From NCBI GenBank assembly GCA_043803765.1, contig JAZDJQ010000014.1, forward strand, positions 1,382-65,381: a stretch of 64,000 bases of DNA. Reading direction: 5' to 3'. The notes under the pieces are model-generated. The model did no database searches. It was not told the origin of the DNA and worked only from the letters and a program-made list of their open reading frames with translations. This document shows positions 29,325 to 38,717 of this stretch, piece after piece. Position numbers and translations under genes: made by a program. This DNA is from Candidatus Iainarchaeum sp. (GTDB lineage: Archaea; Iainarchaeota; Iainarchaeia; Iainarchaeales; VGJJ01). Position 1 is the first letter of the stretch. Each line of letters starts with the position of its first letter.

Positions 29325-29713
29325 ATTGTGTGTCCTGTGGCTTTCCGTTCTCGGCGAGCCACTTTTTTTGGGCTTCCGTCGGCAAAAACCCCCCTTCAAC
29401 GGCTTTACGAAGAAGCGTGATATATGCCGGCGGGGGCGAAAACTCCAATTTAGGGAGATTGGGTTGCATCCGTTTCTCCCTTTTCCATTTCCTTTTGCAG
29501 ACAATACCGGATAAGTCCGCTTAGGGTTCGACCACTATTTTGGCCGTATTCCTTCGCGGCCTCCGCAACGTTGGGTGGCAAGGAAATGGTGATTTTTCGG
29601 TATTTTTCGTGTTTATCGCCCATAACCAGTATGGTCGAGCGCTTATTTTTAAGTATTACGGTAAACTATTCTGTCATATACCAATAATACTTCAGTCATC
29701 GGAGGCTGGTGTC

Positions 29714-30784
29714 ATGGCTCGAAAGAAGGCGACAATAGACCCATATTTCAGGGAGTTGGATAACGAATCAGTTGCAAGTGTTGTCGTGTTCATCTATAAA
29801 ACCCAAAAGGAGACAAACCTACCGGTTCGCTATTTAACAATTAAAAACGAGATTTGTATCGTCAGAAAAATAATGTCCGAAAAGCACCTAACCACTATTT
29901 TGGGGATGTTATTTGAAAAAGAGTTATTGGAAAGGAGAGAAGAAAATCGAAAAAAGGTTTTTTACAGCATTAATCCAAATCTTCGGAATCAAATCCCGCC
30001 CTTTTTTGTTCGTTCATCCGATAGGCAAATCCTTTCATCATATTCTCAAAAAGAAATTGTGGTAGACCAAAAAGTTCGTGCGTATGGACTGGATCATGAA
30101 ACTTTTGATAAACCAGCCAGCCAGCTCTTTTTCCACGGAGTAGGTGTTTCAGATATTTTCCCGATTAAAGAAGATGAGGTAATAGTTATTCTTCCAGACA
30201 GCATGACAAATTCTAAACTGATTATTGGGAAAATATACAAACAGGTACATGAAATAAGCAATAGGAAAGTTTCAATAATGTCGAGATCGCAGCCGCTTTC
30301 TGGGATTCTTCCGGTTTTGAGAAATCTATTGTATAGAACGGCAGAAATATCAAAAGAAAACCGAGCAGGCGAATTAAAAAAATACTATGAAACATATACA
30401 TCACAAGAAAAAGTGATTTCGTCTTTTTTAGGGAGAAACGAAGAAATCCTCCTGCACTTTTTGAGTAAAAAGAATTGGGACAGGGAATCAATTTTGGAAA
30501 ATTTGAAACGTCCCATAATAGGAACCCGAATTGATGATTCCAATTACACCCCAACATGGCATGGAAAAGACATTACTGAACCTTTTTTGAAGGAACTACA
30601 AGAACTGAATATAGAGGAACGAGAAAAGATAGCCAATTTCTTCGTGAGTGTAACACAAAAATGTAAACCTCTCCCTCAAAAAATAAGTCTCGTTGCCCAT
30701 TCGTTAGATCCAATTTTTGAAAAATCGGACTACATCGACAAACATGCAAAAACGTTTATGGATAATATAGATAAACAATTGTAA
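29714..30784 (+). CDS. Hypothetical protein with an N-terminal winged-helix-like region.
   Basis: Start at MARKKATIDPYF, with a GGAGG sequence 8 nt upstream. The longer ORF-track start at 29540 is rejected. Confidence 0.4.
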   Translation: MARKKATIDPYFRELDNESVASVVVFIYKTQKETNLPVRYLTIKNEICIVRKIMSEKHLTTILGMLFEKELLERREENRKKVFYSINPNLRNQIPPFFVRSSDRQILSSYSQKEIVVDQKVRAYGLDHETFDKPASQLFFHGVGVSDIFPIKEDEVIVILPDSMTNSKLIIGKIYKQVHEISNRKVSIMSRSQPLSGILPVLRNLLYRTAEISKENRAGELKKYYETYTSQEKVISSFLGRNEEILLHFLSKKNWDRESILENLKRPIIGTRIDDSNYTPTWHGKDITEPFLKELQELNIEEREKIANFFVSVTQKCKPLPQKISLVAHSLDPIFEKSDYIDKHAKTFMDNIDKQL

Positions 30785-30785
30785 A

Positions 30786-32075
30786 CTATCTGGGTCGCAT
30801 GACTTCGAGTGCTTGCTCAGGAGTCAGTTGATCTACTTTTACGTTGAGTTTGTTCATCGCTTCAACCATCGCATTCAGCACGCTTCGTATTTGCCCATTC
30901 TCCTCCTGCATTTGTGTTAATTTATCTTTGTATTCCAGTCGCGCTTCCAATGTGAGGGGATTGTTGCATTTTTTGCAAAGAAGATTCGTGAACTCATTTA
31001 GTTCACCGCAGATATTGCACAATCGTGGTTTTAGAATACTTTCCTCGTCCTTTTCTTTTTTCCCTAATCCATAGATTTTTCGAACGGCGTCGTGAACATC
31101 GCGCCCAGAAAGATGAATATAGGTAGCGGGCATTTCACTACCAATTTGCCAGCCCATGACCTTGCACAATTGGGCCTCCGTTAATCGTCCAGCCAAATAA
31201 GTTGCGCGGGAGTGCCTCCAGTGATGCGGATTATAGGGTTTGTTGATACCTGCCCTCGTTGTTGTTTCGTCCAGAATTTTTCGGATTGAAGCATAGGAGA
31301 GTCTTTTTCCGCGATGTACGGGAGAAACAATCACAAACAAAGGCGCATTCTTGTCATCGCGTAGGGGGTGAATGTCTAACCATCCGCGAAGAAACGGAAC
31401 ACTGGACACCAAAAGGACTTGCCTCATTCCGGTTTTTCCATCAAGCATGGCTGTGGCTTCGGTTCCATCAAATTGAATTGATTTAATTTTAGCATTACCA
31501 ATCTCACCGATGCGCGCACCCGTTTCCCACAAAATAGAAATGAGCGCTTTTTTCATGGGATGATCGGCCACTTGAATGATTTTGATGATTTCGTCCTCTG
31601 ATAGCATCTCTTCTGGCAGTTTGTGCGAGTTTCCGCTTCGGATGCATTTAATCCATCGGACTTGGGACGGAAAAAAGTCGTTGTCGCCCAACAACCATTT
31701 GTAAAAGGCCTTGAGCATGCGTTTGTGCATAGTTCTTGTAGTCTCCCCCCACCCATTTCGATTCACGATTTGAGAAACAAGGTGTTCAATATCTTCTCGT
31801 GTAGCGGACTCGAAATCCTTCCCGATCATTTCAGCCAAATTAGCCATCGTGAATAATACGCGGATTCGGCGGGCAAGACTGATGCCTCCTTCATTTTCCA
31901 AATGAATTCGATAGCGTTCAATCGTGCGTTTGTTTGTCTCGCTGATAATGTACGGTTTACCCTGCTTTCCGTGCTTCTTCTCAAAATCGCGTGGATATTT
32001 TTCTGGGAAAATTCGACTTAACAATAGCTCGTAGCGTCTTTCGTAGTTATGAAAACTCGTGGCTTCTGGCGGCAT
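30786..32075 (-). CDS. int: Tyrosine recombinase/integrase (XerC/D-phage integrase family) with a C-terminal zinc ribbon.
   Basis: Catalytic residues: WETGARIGE (Arg), HHWRHSRATY (HxxR), YIHL (Tyr). C-terminal CNICG...CKKC. Immediately adjacent to the tRNA-Met 3' end. Confidence 0.85.
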   Translation of the reverse strand: MPPEATSFHNYERRYELLLSRIFPEKYPRDFEKKHGKQGKPYIISETNKRTIERYRIHLENEGGISLARRIRVLFTMANLAEMIGKDFESATREDIEHLVSQIVNRNGWGETTRTMHKRMLKAFYKWLLGDNDFFPSQVRWIKCIRSGNSHKLPEEMLSEDEIIKIIQVADHPMKKALISILWETGARIGEIGNAKIKSIQFDGTEATAMLDGKTGMRQVLLVSSVPFLRGWLDIHPLRDDKNAPLFVIVSPVHRGKRLSYASIRKILDETTTRAGINKPYNPHHWRHSRATYLAGRLTEAQLCKVMGWQIGSEMPATYIHLSGRDVHDAVRKIYGLGKKEKDEESILKPRLCNICGELNEFTNLLCKKCNNPLTLEARLEYKDKLTQMQEENGQIRSVLNAMVEAMNKLNVKVDQLTPEQALEVMRPR

Positions 32076-32135
32076 ATAGGCACTCCCCGTTCGGTTGGTT
32101 TTATTCTTTACGGGGGCACTTTACTGCCATCTTCA

Positions 32136-32209
32136 ATGCCTCGGGGGAGACTTGAACTCCCGGCCTCCGGGTTATGAATCCGGCGCTCTAACCAACTGAG
32201 CTACCAAGG
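32136..32209 (-). tRNA. tRNA-Met/Ile2 (anticodon CAU), elongator type (G1:C72). No encoded CCA.
   Basis: Manual fold: GCCTTGG-TA-GCTC-AGTTGGTTA-GAGC-G-CCGGA-TTCATAA-CCCGG-AGGCC-GGGAG-TTCAAGT-CTCCC-CCGAGGC-A. Confidence 0.8.
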
Positions 32210-32295
32210 CGGTGGATGAGAAGAATCGCCAAAGAAACCCTTTAAAATGAGCGGAGGTGAAGACTGGAAATAACCTCTTGTTAGTGTCTTATTCC

Positions 32296-32970
32296 TCACT
32301 CGTCGAATTCCAGCCGGCTTTTTACGGTGATTTTTTCTTCTCCCGCGAGTAATAATCGGTCGGCCATTCCTAGGAAGAGTCCTGTTTCTAATACTCCGGG
32401 GATGAGCCGTGCTTGCGTGTCTATTTCTTCGGGGGTTAATCCTTCGTCTATTTCTACTTCGACTAAATAATGGCCTGATTCTGTTTTTTCCGGCTCCTGA
32501 GTGTATTGGGCGTGCCCTACTCTTCCTATTTGTTCTAATAATAGTAGTGTTCTTTTCCATCCGAATGCGCTTATTTCGAATGGGACTTTTCCATGTAGTT
32601 TTTCAACGTACTCGTTTTCGGGGAGTATGGCAATGAGTTCGGCTGCGGATTGGGCAATCATTTTGTCTCGTATAAGTGAGAGAGAATAGCGTTTGATGAA
32701 CGAGTAATCGTGATCGGCTTGTCCTACAAATTCGATGGCTAAATCTACTTCTCTTTCATTGAGCGTGGTTAAGGGTAGATGAAATGTTTGGGCGGTCTGT
32801 ACTTGGCTGGTGGATGTGGGGATAATGGTTATTTCCCATTTTTCCTTTTCGCATAATAATCCTATTTTTTTGAGTAATAATTCCCCTAATTGGTTTGTTC
32901 CTACGGCAAGTACTTGGTCTTTTTTCACATATTTGGATATGAATGCGTCAATCGTGTCTTCGGATAGCAT
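32296..32970 (-). CDS. rpiA: Ribose-5-phosphate isomerase A (RpiA-like).
   Basis: The C-terminal GVLETGLF motif and overall length. Start taken at MLSEDTID. Confidence 0.55.
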   Translation of the reverse strand: MLSEDTIDAFISKYVKKDQVLAVGTNQLGELLLKKIGLLCEKEKWEITIIPTSTSQVQTAQTFHLPLTTLNEREVDLAIEFVGQADHDYSFIKRYSLSLIRDKMIAQSAAELIAILPENEYVEKLHGKVPFEISAFGWKRTLLLLEQIGRVGHAQYTQEPEKTESGHYLVEVEIDEGLTPEEIDTQARLIPGVLETGLFLGMADRLLLAGEEKITVKSRLEFDE

Positions 32971-33555
32971 ACTGGTTGAGCGTAGCGTAGTGGGGAATTT
33001 AAGGGAATTGGGAAAAAAAGGGAGACCCGGCATATGAGCGGCCGGGTGCAAAAGGAATGGTTGGGCTTTGTCCGCGGCGTTATGCTCGGCGGGCTCGGCG
33101 TCTTGTACTGGAGCGGCGAGCGCTGGATTCGCGTGATGCGCTGGCTCTTGCTCTTCGTGCTGCCATGATGTTTCATCCTCCTTTTGTTTTTTTTTGTTGG
33201 TTCCGGTCGTGCCGGAAAAAAGGGTCCATTCCGCGTCTTTTTTCTTATCGCTTCTTGGACTTTCTTGCTTTATGAGCTGCCTTATGGGCTGCTTTCTTTT
33301 TTGGCATTGTGTGTCTTCACCTTTTCTTCGAGACCGAAAATTTCGAAAAATTTTCGTTATTTGGTATGATGCGTTGTGCTATTTAAAGGTGTGTCTAAAA
33401 CAAGCGTTTTGTTTCTGAGAAAAAAAATAATCGAACGAGATGAATGTCATGGAGCCGCGTATTCGCTTGACAAAAAAAGTTCCATGATGAACGAATTTCG
33501 TGCAGGTGGGAATAAGGAAGATGAGCAGTAAATAGAACGAAGACTTTCTGCTGGT

Positions 33556-34405
33556 ATGGTTACTCGAGCGAACATGACCCGGGGGAAAGGGTGGAAGGGT
33601 ATCGTGAGCGGGGACATTCGGATTCACTCCATTGGACCCTTGGGGAGACCCACCAAGTCGAGACATGTATTGAAACCCGGTGCCTCGGCGCATGCGATGG
33701 TGAAAGAGCACCCCTTGGGTCATCGGGGGATGATTCCACAGATCTCGGCTAGGAGTATTTTGGCCCGGCTGGGGGTCCAGGTCCATTTTTCTCAAGAACA
33801 GATCAGGGAATTGGTCTCAGGGGATCTTCCTCGGCAAGTCACTCTATCTCATTCGGGGCATATTCCCATCCAGATCCGCCGGGGTAATCGCACCCATCGA
33901 GTGTATTATCCCAATCATTCATTATCCGTGGGAAAAAAGGAGGCAAGGATATTGCTGAAACGGGGGGACTTGGTTCTCGGCAATGATTTCAAGTGGCTTC
34001 CTTCCGGGATGCTCGAATTGACCCCGCATGCTGTAGTATATGAGATTCCTAGGAGTGATATTGCGACTCTTTCCAAAATCAATTGGGCTACTGGAAGCAA
34101 GCGAAAAGTGTTGATGCAGTACCTCCAGAGGAAAAAAAAACCTCTTCGGACGGATTTAGGTAGGATTGTCTTGACCGAGTGTAAGTATGTCAAGCTCCCC
34201 AACGGTGGGAATGCTCCTCTTAGGGTCTACGGATGGGACTTCACAGCACATCCATTCCTGCTTCATTGATCCGGGGTATGAGGGTTCTATTGTTCTGGAG
34301 CTTTTGGGATTCAAGGAAAATGTGAAGCCGGAGAAGATTCTCGTCCGGCTTATTCGTCCGGTAGATGGGAACCTAATACCAAGGTCTGCCCAGAGGAAAA
34401 AATGA
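33556..34405 (+). pseudogene. dcd: Degraded dCTP deaminase/dUTPase-family gene (frameshift plus internal deletion) within a GC-elevated segment.
   Basis: FIDPGYEGSIVLEL (IDPGWxG.IVLE motif) is in frame +2 at 34187-34405. The upstream VKLPNGG...GWD is in another frame, and the GRSS motif is missing. Confidence 0.45.
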
Positions 34406-34707
34406 GCAGAGTCTCTGGCCTGCCTATTTTTTTACAGAATTTTTTTTATTCAAAAAAAACATTTGATGGAGCAAAGTTTTGGCAGGCTTTTTCCTAAAAC
34501 CGGTGTTTGAAACGCGCGGCCCATTTGCCACCCGCTCCAACATATGTCCACCTCTCCGTGCGAGAAAAAAATATCAAGAAATAGTCAACCGCTGCACGCG
34601 CATCGTGCGCAGAAAGTGATAAACTAGTTTTCACGCCAATTTTTTGTGGGTTTCACAACCTGAAAAATTTTCCCTTAGTTTAAAGGATTTTAGTCCAAAT
34701 CTCAGGC

Positions 34708-35055
34708 ATGGAACTCGTAAAATACACGCGCCGCATTACGTTGAGCGAGGAAGAGGCCGATTTCTTCTATTCGGAGATTCTACTCGAGAAGAAGACTAAA
34801 AAAGTGGTGAATTTCTCCGTCATACAAACATATCAGCCGCATGAAACCGAGTTTTTAGTGAAAAAGCACGATTGCTCGCACGGAAACTATCACATCCACC
34901 ATTTTTATCGGGGCAAAGGAACTATTATTGAGGAAACGAATGAACCCCTAACCAACGAGTTGTTTGATCAAGCCAAACAGGACATTCTGCAGAATTGGTT
35001 TGTTTATCGTACGCAATTCTGCAACCGGGGGTTAGATCAAGAAAATAAACGATAG
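34708..35055 (+). CDS. Hypothetical protein.
   Basis: ORF only. Confidence 0.3.
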   Translation: MELVKYTRRITLSEEEADFFYSEILLEKKTKKVVNFSVIQTYQPHETEFLVKKHDCSHGNYHIHHFYRGKGTIIEETNEPLTNELFDQAKQDILQNWFVYRTQFCNRGLDQENKR

Positions 35056-35086
35056 AGTTATAATCTTCATGTTATACATGTGATGT

Positions 35087-35455
35087 ATGAAAGAACTTTT
35101 GACGGTCATCATCGGCGGGGGCATGGATGCGGATGACCGAGAATTGTTTACCAACCCCGAAAAAGGAATGAAACAGCCGCGAAACGTGCTGTATGTCAAA
35201 TCATTCACCCAGATGGAACGCCTTCTTTCGGCCAAAAAACTGGACTTGCTCCAATATCTTATTAAAATCAAGAAATCCAAAAAGAAAAAATCGGTTAGCA
35301 TCATTGCGAACGAACTTGAACGCAAACAAGAGGCCATTTCACTCGATTTGCACAAACTCGCCGCCTTGCATGTAATTGAACTCAAACGCGAAGGGCAAAG
35401 TGTTTACGCTACCACCCAATTCGATGGGATTGAGATACAGACAGCGAAGACGTAG
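35087..35455 (+). CDS. Hypothetical protein, possibly an HTH regulator.
   Basis: ORF with weak HTH-like features. Confidence 0.3.
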   Translation: MKELLTVIIGGGMDADDRELFTNPEKGMKQPRNVLYVKSFTQMERLLSAKKLDLLQYLIKIKKSKKKKSVSIIANELERKQEAISLDLHKLAALHVIELKREGQSVYATTQFDGIEIQTAKT

Positions 35456-35526
35456 CAAAAAAAATAGCCTCTGGGAGATTGAAAATCTTCCAATTCTTTC
35501 CGCACGATTGGAGGTTACCGATTCGG

Positions 35527-35600
35527 GAAAAACCTCTGGCTTGCCCACTTTTTCAATGGTTTTTGCAAAGCAAAAAGCCTCTGGCTTGCCCACTTTTTGC
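35527..35600. repeat. Two extra copies of the tRNA-Thr 3'-end motif (gcctctggc) embedded in A-run/T-run hairpins (gcaaaaag..ctttttgc). With the tRNA end itself this makes a triplicated acceptor-end plus T-run unit.
   Basis: aaaaacctctggcttgcccactttttc at about 35527, caaaaagcctctggcttgcccactttttgc at about 35570, and taaaaagcctctggcgagag at the tRNA 3' end. Confidence 0.6.
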
Positions 35601-35621
35601 AGGCTTTTTACGTGAGTAAAA

Positions 35622-35694
35622 AGCCTCTGGCGAGAGTTGAACTCGCGACCTCCACATTACCAATGTGGCGCTCTAACCACTGAGCTACAGAGGC
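35622..35694 (-). tRNA. tRNA-Thr (anticodon GGU).
   Basis: Manual fold: GCCTCTG-TA-GCTC-AGTGGTTA-GAGC-G-CCACA-TTGGTAA-TGTGG-AGGTC-GCGAG-TTCAACT-CTCGC-CAGAGGC-T. Confidence 0.85.
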
Positions 35695-35904
35695 GTTCCT
35701 TAGTGAAAGACATCGAAAAAAGCATTTAAATGGGCGGTTGGCCGGTGTGGGGATTAATATGGGCTAAGATAGTTGGTAGGGGGGTGATAGGATGGATGAT
35801 AAAGGAATGAGTCGTTTGACTACTCGTAAGCGGTTGGGAAGGATGCCCAATCGGGGGCATGGGGTTAATTATGGGAAGCCGAAGCGGGTTGGTTGATAGG
35901 GTAG

Positions 35905-37194
35905 TCATTTTTTGGGATTAGGGAGAGAGTGAGAGGTTAGTTCTTTGATGAGCGAGTCGAGTGGGGTTGTTTTCACCATTTTTTCCTCCCCGCTTTCCAT
36001 GTTTCGTATTTTTACGCTGTTTTGTTTGAGTTCGTCTTCTCCTAGGAATACTACGTAGGGGAATTTTTTAGTGTTGGCATAATTCATGTTTTTTCCTATG
36101 CTTCTTCCCATGAGGTCGAGCTCGATGCGTAGTCCTTTCTCTCTTAGTTTTCCGGCTAATTGTTGTGCGTCGGGATATACTTTTCCAATGGGCAGGATGT
36201 AGGCATTCATTCTTTCTTCATCCCATTTTTCAATGAGTATGTCCATGAGTCGGTCGACTCCAAATGATATTCCTACTGCGGGCATTTCCAATCCCCCAAG
36301 CGATTGAATGAGTTCGTCGAATCGTCCTCCTCCTCCTACGCTCACGCGGGCACCGGCGAATACTTCAAACACGGTTCCGGTGTAGTATTCGAGTCCCCGC
36401 ATGAGAGAGGGGTCGAACTTTAGGTAGGATTGTTTTTTTTGTGTGGCAATCGTGTCAAATAGTTGTTCGAGTGCAGTAACTCCCGTCAAATCCAGTTTGG
36501 CTTGGGTGAGTTCTTTCTTTATTTTGGATAATGGGCTTTCCATGTAGGCTAGGATGCTCGTTGATAGGAATTGTTTTTCTAATTCTTCTTTTACTCCTTC
36601 TAATCCTATTTTGTCTAGTTTGTCTAATATGCGCATTGCATCTTTTGATTTCGCGGGGGGAATATCGCATAATGTGAGTAGTTCGTTGATGATGCGTCGG
36701 TCATTGATTCGGATAAAGAATTGGGTGAAACCCAGCTCTTTCATCACATCGATGGCGAATGAAATGCATTCAGCATCCGCGGCAGGATGGGTTGTTCCAA
36801 TAATGTCGCAGTCCGCTTGGGTGAATTCCCTGTACCGCATGGCTTGCGGATTATCATACCGGTATACGGTTCCCATGTTGAATGTTTTCACGGGTTTGGG
36901 TAAATCGGGGTTTCCTGCTAGTACGCGGGCGAGGCTTGTTGTGTGTTCAAACCGTAATCCTAGTTTCCTACCGGATTGGTCATCTAATAGGTATAGTTCT
37001 TTTGCTGCTTCTTCCCCTCCTCCCCCTTTGATTGTTAATGTTTCCAAGTGTTCTAATATGGGGAATTGGACGGGTTCGAACGCATAACGGTATGCGCATT
37101 CTTGGATTGTTTTTTCAATCCATTTTTTGAGGCGTGCTTGTTTTCCAATGATATCGCGCATTCCTTTCACAGGACTCGTTGAGCGTGGAGGCAT
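35905..37194 (-). CDS. hisS: Histidyl-tRNA synthetase (class II). The true start is probably MRDIIGK at 37161.
   Basis: RYREFTQADCDIIG (motif 2) and the GGGGRFDELI HisRS signature. Confidence 0.9.
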   Translation of the reverse strand: MPPRSTSPVKGMRDIIGKQARLKKWIEKTIQECAYRYAFEPVQFPILEHLETLTIKGGGGEEAAKELYLLDDQSGRKLGLRFEHTTSLARVLAGNPDLPKPVKTFNMGTVYRYDNPQAMRYREFTQADCDIIGTTHPAADAECISFAIDVMKELGFTQFFIRINDRRIINELLTLCDIPPAKSKDAMRILDKLDKIGLEGVKEELEKQFLSTSILAYMESPLSKIKKELTQAKLDLTGVTALEQLFDTIATQKKQSYLKFDPSLMRGLEYYTGTVFEVFAGARVSVGGGGRFDELIQSLGGLEMPAVGISFGVDRLMDILIEKWDEERMNAYILPIGKVYPDAQQLAGKLREKGLRIELDLMGRSIGKNMNYANTKKFPYVVFLGEDELKQNSVKIRNMESGEEKMVKTTPLDSLIKELTSHSLPNPKK

Positions 37195-37349
37195 ACCTCC
37201 AAGTGGAGTGATAAAAGGAATTTAAACCCGGTTCTGTGTTGGAAAAAAGCGGGGTGCTGAAACGATAGATTAGAATGGTATTGCTTTCGTGGGGGGGGCT
37301 GGCACAACCTCCTTTAAAAGTATTCATTGAACCTTTTTCCATAGTGAAT

Positions 37350-37421
37350 GGCCCGCGCAGTGTGGTGGTCGCATACAAGCCTGTGGAGCTTGTGGTACGG
37401 GTTCGAATCCCGTCGTGGGCA
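37350..37421 (+). tRNA. tRNA-His (anticodon GUG) with an encoded G-1. Divergent from hisS.
   Basis: G-1 plus GCCCGCG...; anticodon stem-loop CAAGC-CTGTGGA-GCTTG; T-arm ACGGG-TTCGAAT-CCCGT; 3' acceptor CGTGGGC-A. The D-stem has wobble pairs. Confidence 0.7.
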
Positions 37422-37480
37422 TAAGTTGCTGGAGATGTAGCCCCCATATCTATAAACGCCACTTCAATAAGCAATAGTTT

Positions 37481-38146
37481 ATGGGGAGAGTTGGTAGAGT
37501 AGCTCGACAAAAAAAGTCTTACATTCATCAAAAGTATCTTCCCTTTACCAAAAAATTCGCAAAAGAAATAGAGTGGAAAGGAAGAGTGACAGAAATTTTT
37601 CAACAAAACGATATTCACTTACGAGGAGTAAAACTAAAGCCAAAAAGTATATTGGTCGAATTAGGCTCTTGGAAGGAAAAACCGGGTGGACTAATGCTTG
37701 ACTATTCAAATGTAATGAAAATATCGTCTCATTTTGGATTGAAAGTTAAAGCCGAATATTCTGATCGGAATGGAAGAGCAGAGCACGGAAACTATTTTTA
37801 TCGAGAAGTAGGAGATGGAATGATTGAAACCCTGAACCTCAAAGAATCGGGCGAGTTACAGGCTTTCAAGAATCCACGCGAGTATCTTGAGTTACCATCA
37901 AAAGTTCAAAAACGAAGACTGGGACGAATCCACTCAGTCGTTTTCACCGATAATAAAGGAAATCATGTTTTCACCTATCATCATTATGTAGGCCGTGAAC
38001 ATATGCCGCAACAATTTCTAACTCATCGCGGGTATGTTGAATTCTTTGCTCATAAGTTAGCTCCTGTTTTGGCAAAAATGCTCACTGAAAGAAAAGCACG
38101 AAAAACAGGGCCAAAATATTTGAAGTGGCTCAGCATGCAAAAATAA
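37481..38146 (+). CDS. Hypothetical protein.
   Basis: ORF only. Confidence 0.3.
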   Translation: MGRVGRVARQKKSYIHQKYLPFTKKFAKEIEWKGRVTEIFQQNDIHLRGVKLKPKSILVELGSWKEKPGGLMLDYSNVMKISSHFGLKVKAEYSDRNGRAEHGNYFYREVGDGMIETLNLKESGELQAFKNPREYLELPSKVQKRRLGRIHSVVFTDNKGNHVFTYHHYVGREHMPQQFLTHRGYVEFFAHKLAPVLAKMLTERKARKTGPKYLKWLSMQK

Positions 38147-38168
38147 ACGCAAAAAAAATTGAAAGTAA

Positions 38169-38414
38169 CTACTGATATTTCGCAAAATCCTCTTCATTTA
38201 TTTTTGCTAATTCCAATGCGCTTTTCAGTGTGGACATTTTCAATTCTTTATGAACAGGCACTACCGTTCCAACCGTTCCCTCCGGAGTCACTTTCTTCAA
38301 CACGACGTGGCTTCCACGTTGACGTGCAATGGAGAAACCAAACTTGTTGCACAGTATTTTGATGCATTCCTTTCCAGAAATGCGCTTAAGCTCGGGCATT
38401 TCCCGCCACCTCAA
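38169..38414 (-). CDS. hicA: HicA-family toxin (mRNA interferase).
   Basis: KECIKILCNKFGFSIARQRGSHVVLKK is the HicA/YcfA signature. Confidence 0.7.
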   Translation of the reverse strand: MRWREMPELKRISGKECIKILCNKFGFSIARQRGSHVVLKKVTPEGTVGTVVPVHKELKMSTLKSALELAKINEEDFAKYQ

Positions 38415-38598
38415 AAGTAGTAAAGACGGGTCTGGAAACGCTTTCTAATGGAAATTCCTCCAAATACAATTCGGTGGCTTCTTTCAGATTGGCTACGGCT
38501 TCTTCAATGGTGTTGCCTTGACTGGCTGTGCCGACTTCGGGGCACTTAGCCACATACATATCTTCTTCTTTGTGAACCACGGCAGTTAGAGTGTACAT
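38386..38598 (-). CDS. hicB: HicB-family antitoxin (UPF0150).
   Basis: MYTLTAVVHKEEDMYVAKCPEVGTASQGNTIEEAVANLKEATELYLEE. GGAGG lies about 15 nt upstream of the ATG at 38598. Overlaps hicA. Confidence 0.6.
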   Translation of the reverse strand: MYTLTAVVHKEEDMYVAKCPEVGTASQGNTIEEAVANLKEATELYLEEFPLESVSRPVFTTFEVAGNARA

Positions 38599-38717
38599 AT
38601 ACACCAATAAGCAACCTCCTTTTTTTAACCTTAAGTTATACCCCTTTTCTGATAGTGGGCGTATTGCCTCACTAACTCCTGCCCCTCGTGGGCACTTGGA
38701 AACGCTACGGATGATAG

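Noticed and set aside
29540-29713. N-terminal 58-aa extension of ORF 29540-30784.
   Set aside because: A GGAGG plus ATG at 29714 gives a typical start. The extension overlaps the divergent promoter region and has odd composition.
33579-33612. RNase P RNA-like motif GGGGGAAAGGGUGGAAGGGUAUCGUGAGCG, resembling the conserved AAGGGUGAAAGGGUG..GUAAGAGCG region.
   Set aside because: No flanking P4 elements (GGAAAGUCCGGGC / ACAGAA.CCGGCUUA) at the expected distances. The surrounding sequence is AT-rich and unstructured-looking. Likely a chance similarity inside a decayed coding region.
37115-37618. 167-aa minus-strand ORF.
   Set aside because: It overlaps tRNA-His and the hisS upstream region and has low-complexity composition. 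Spurious.
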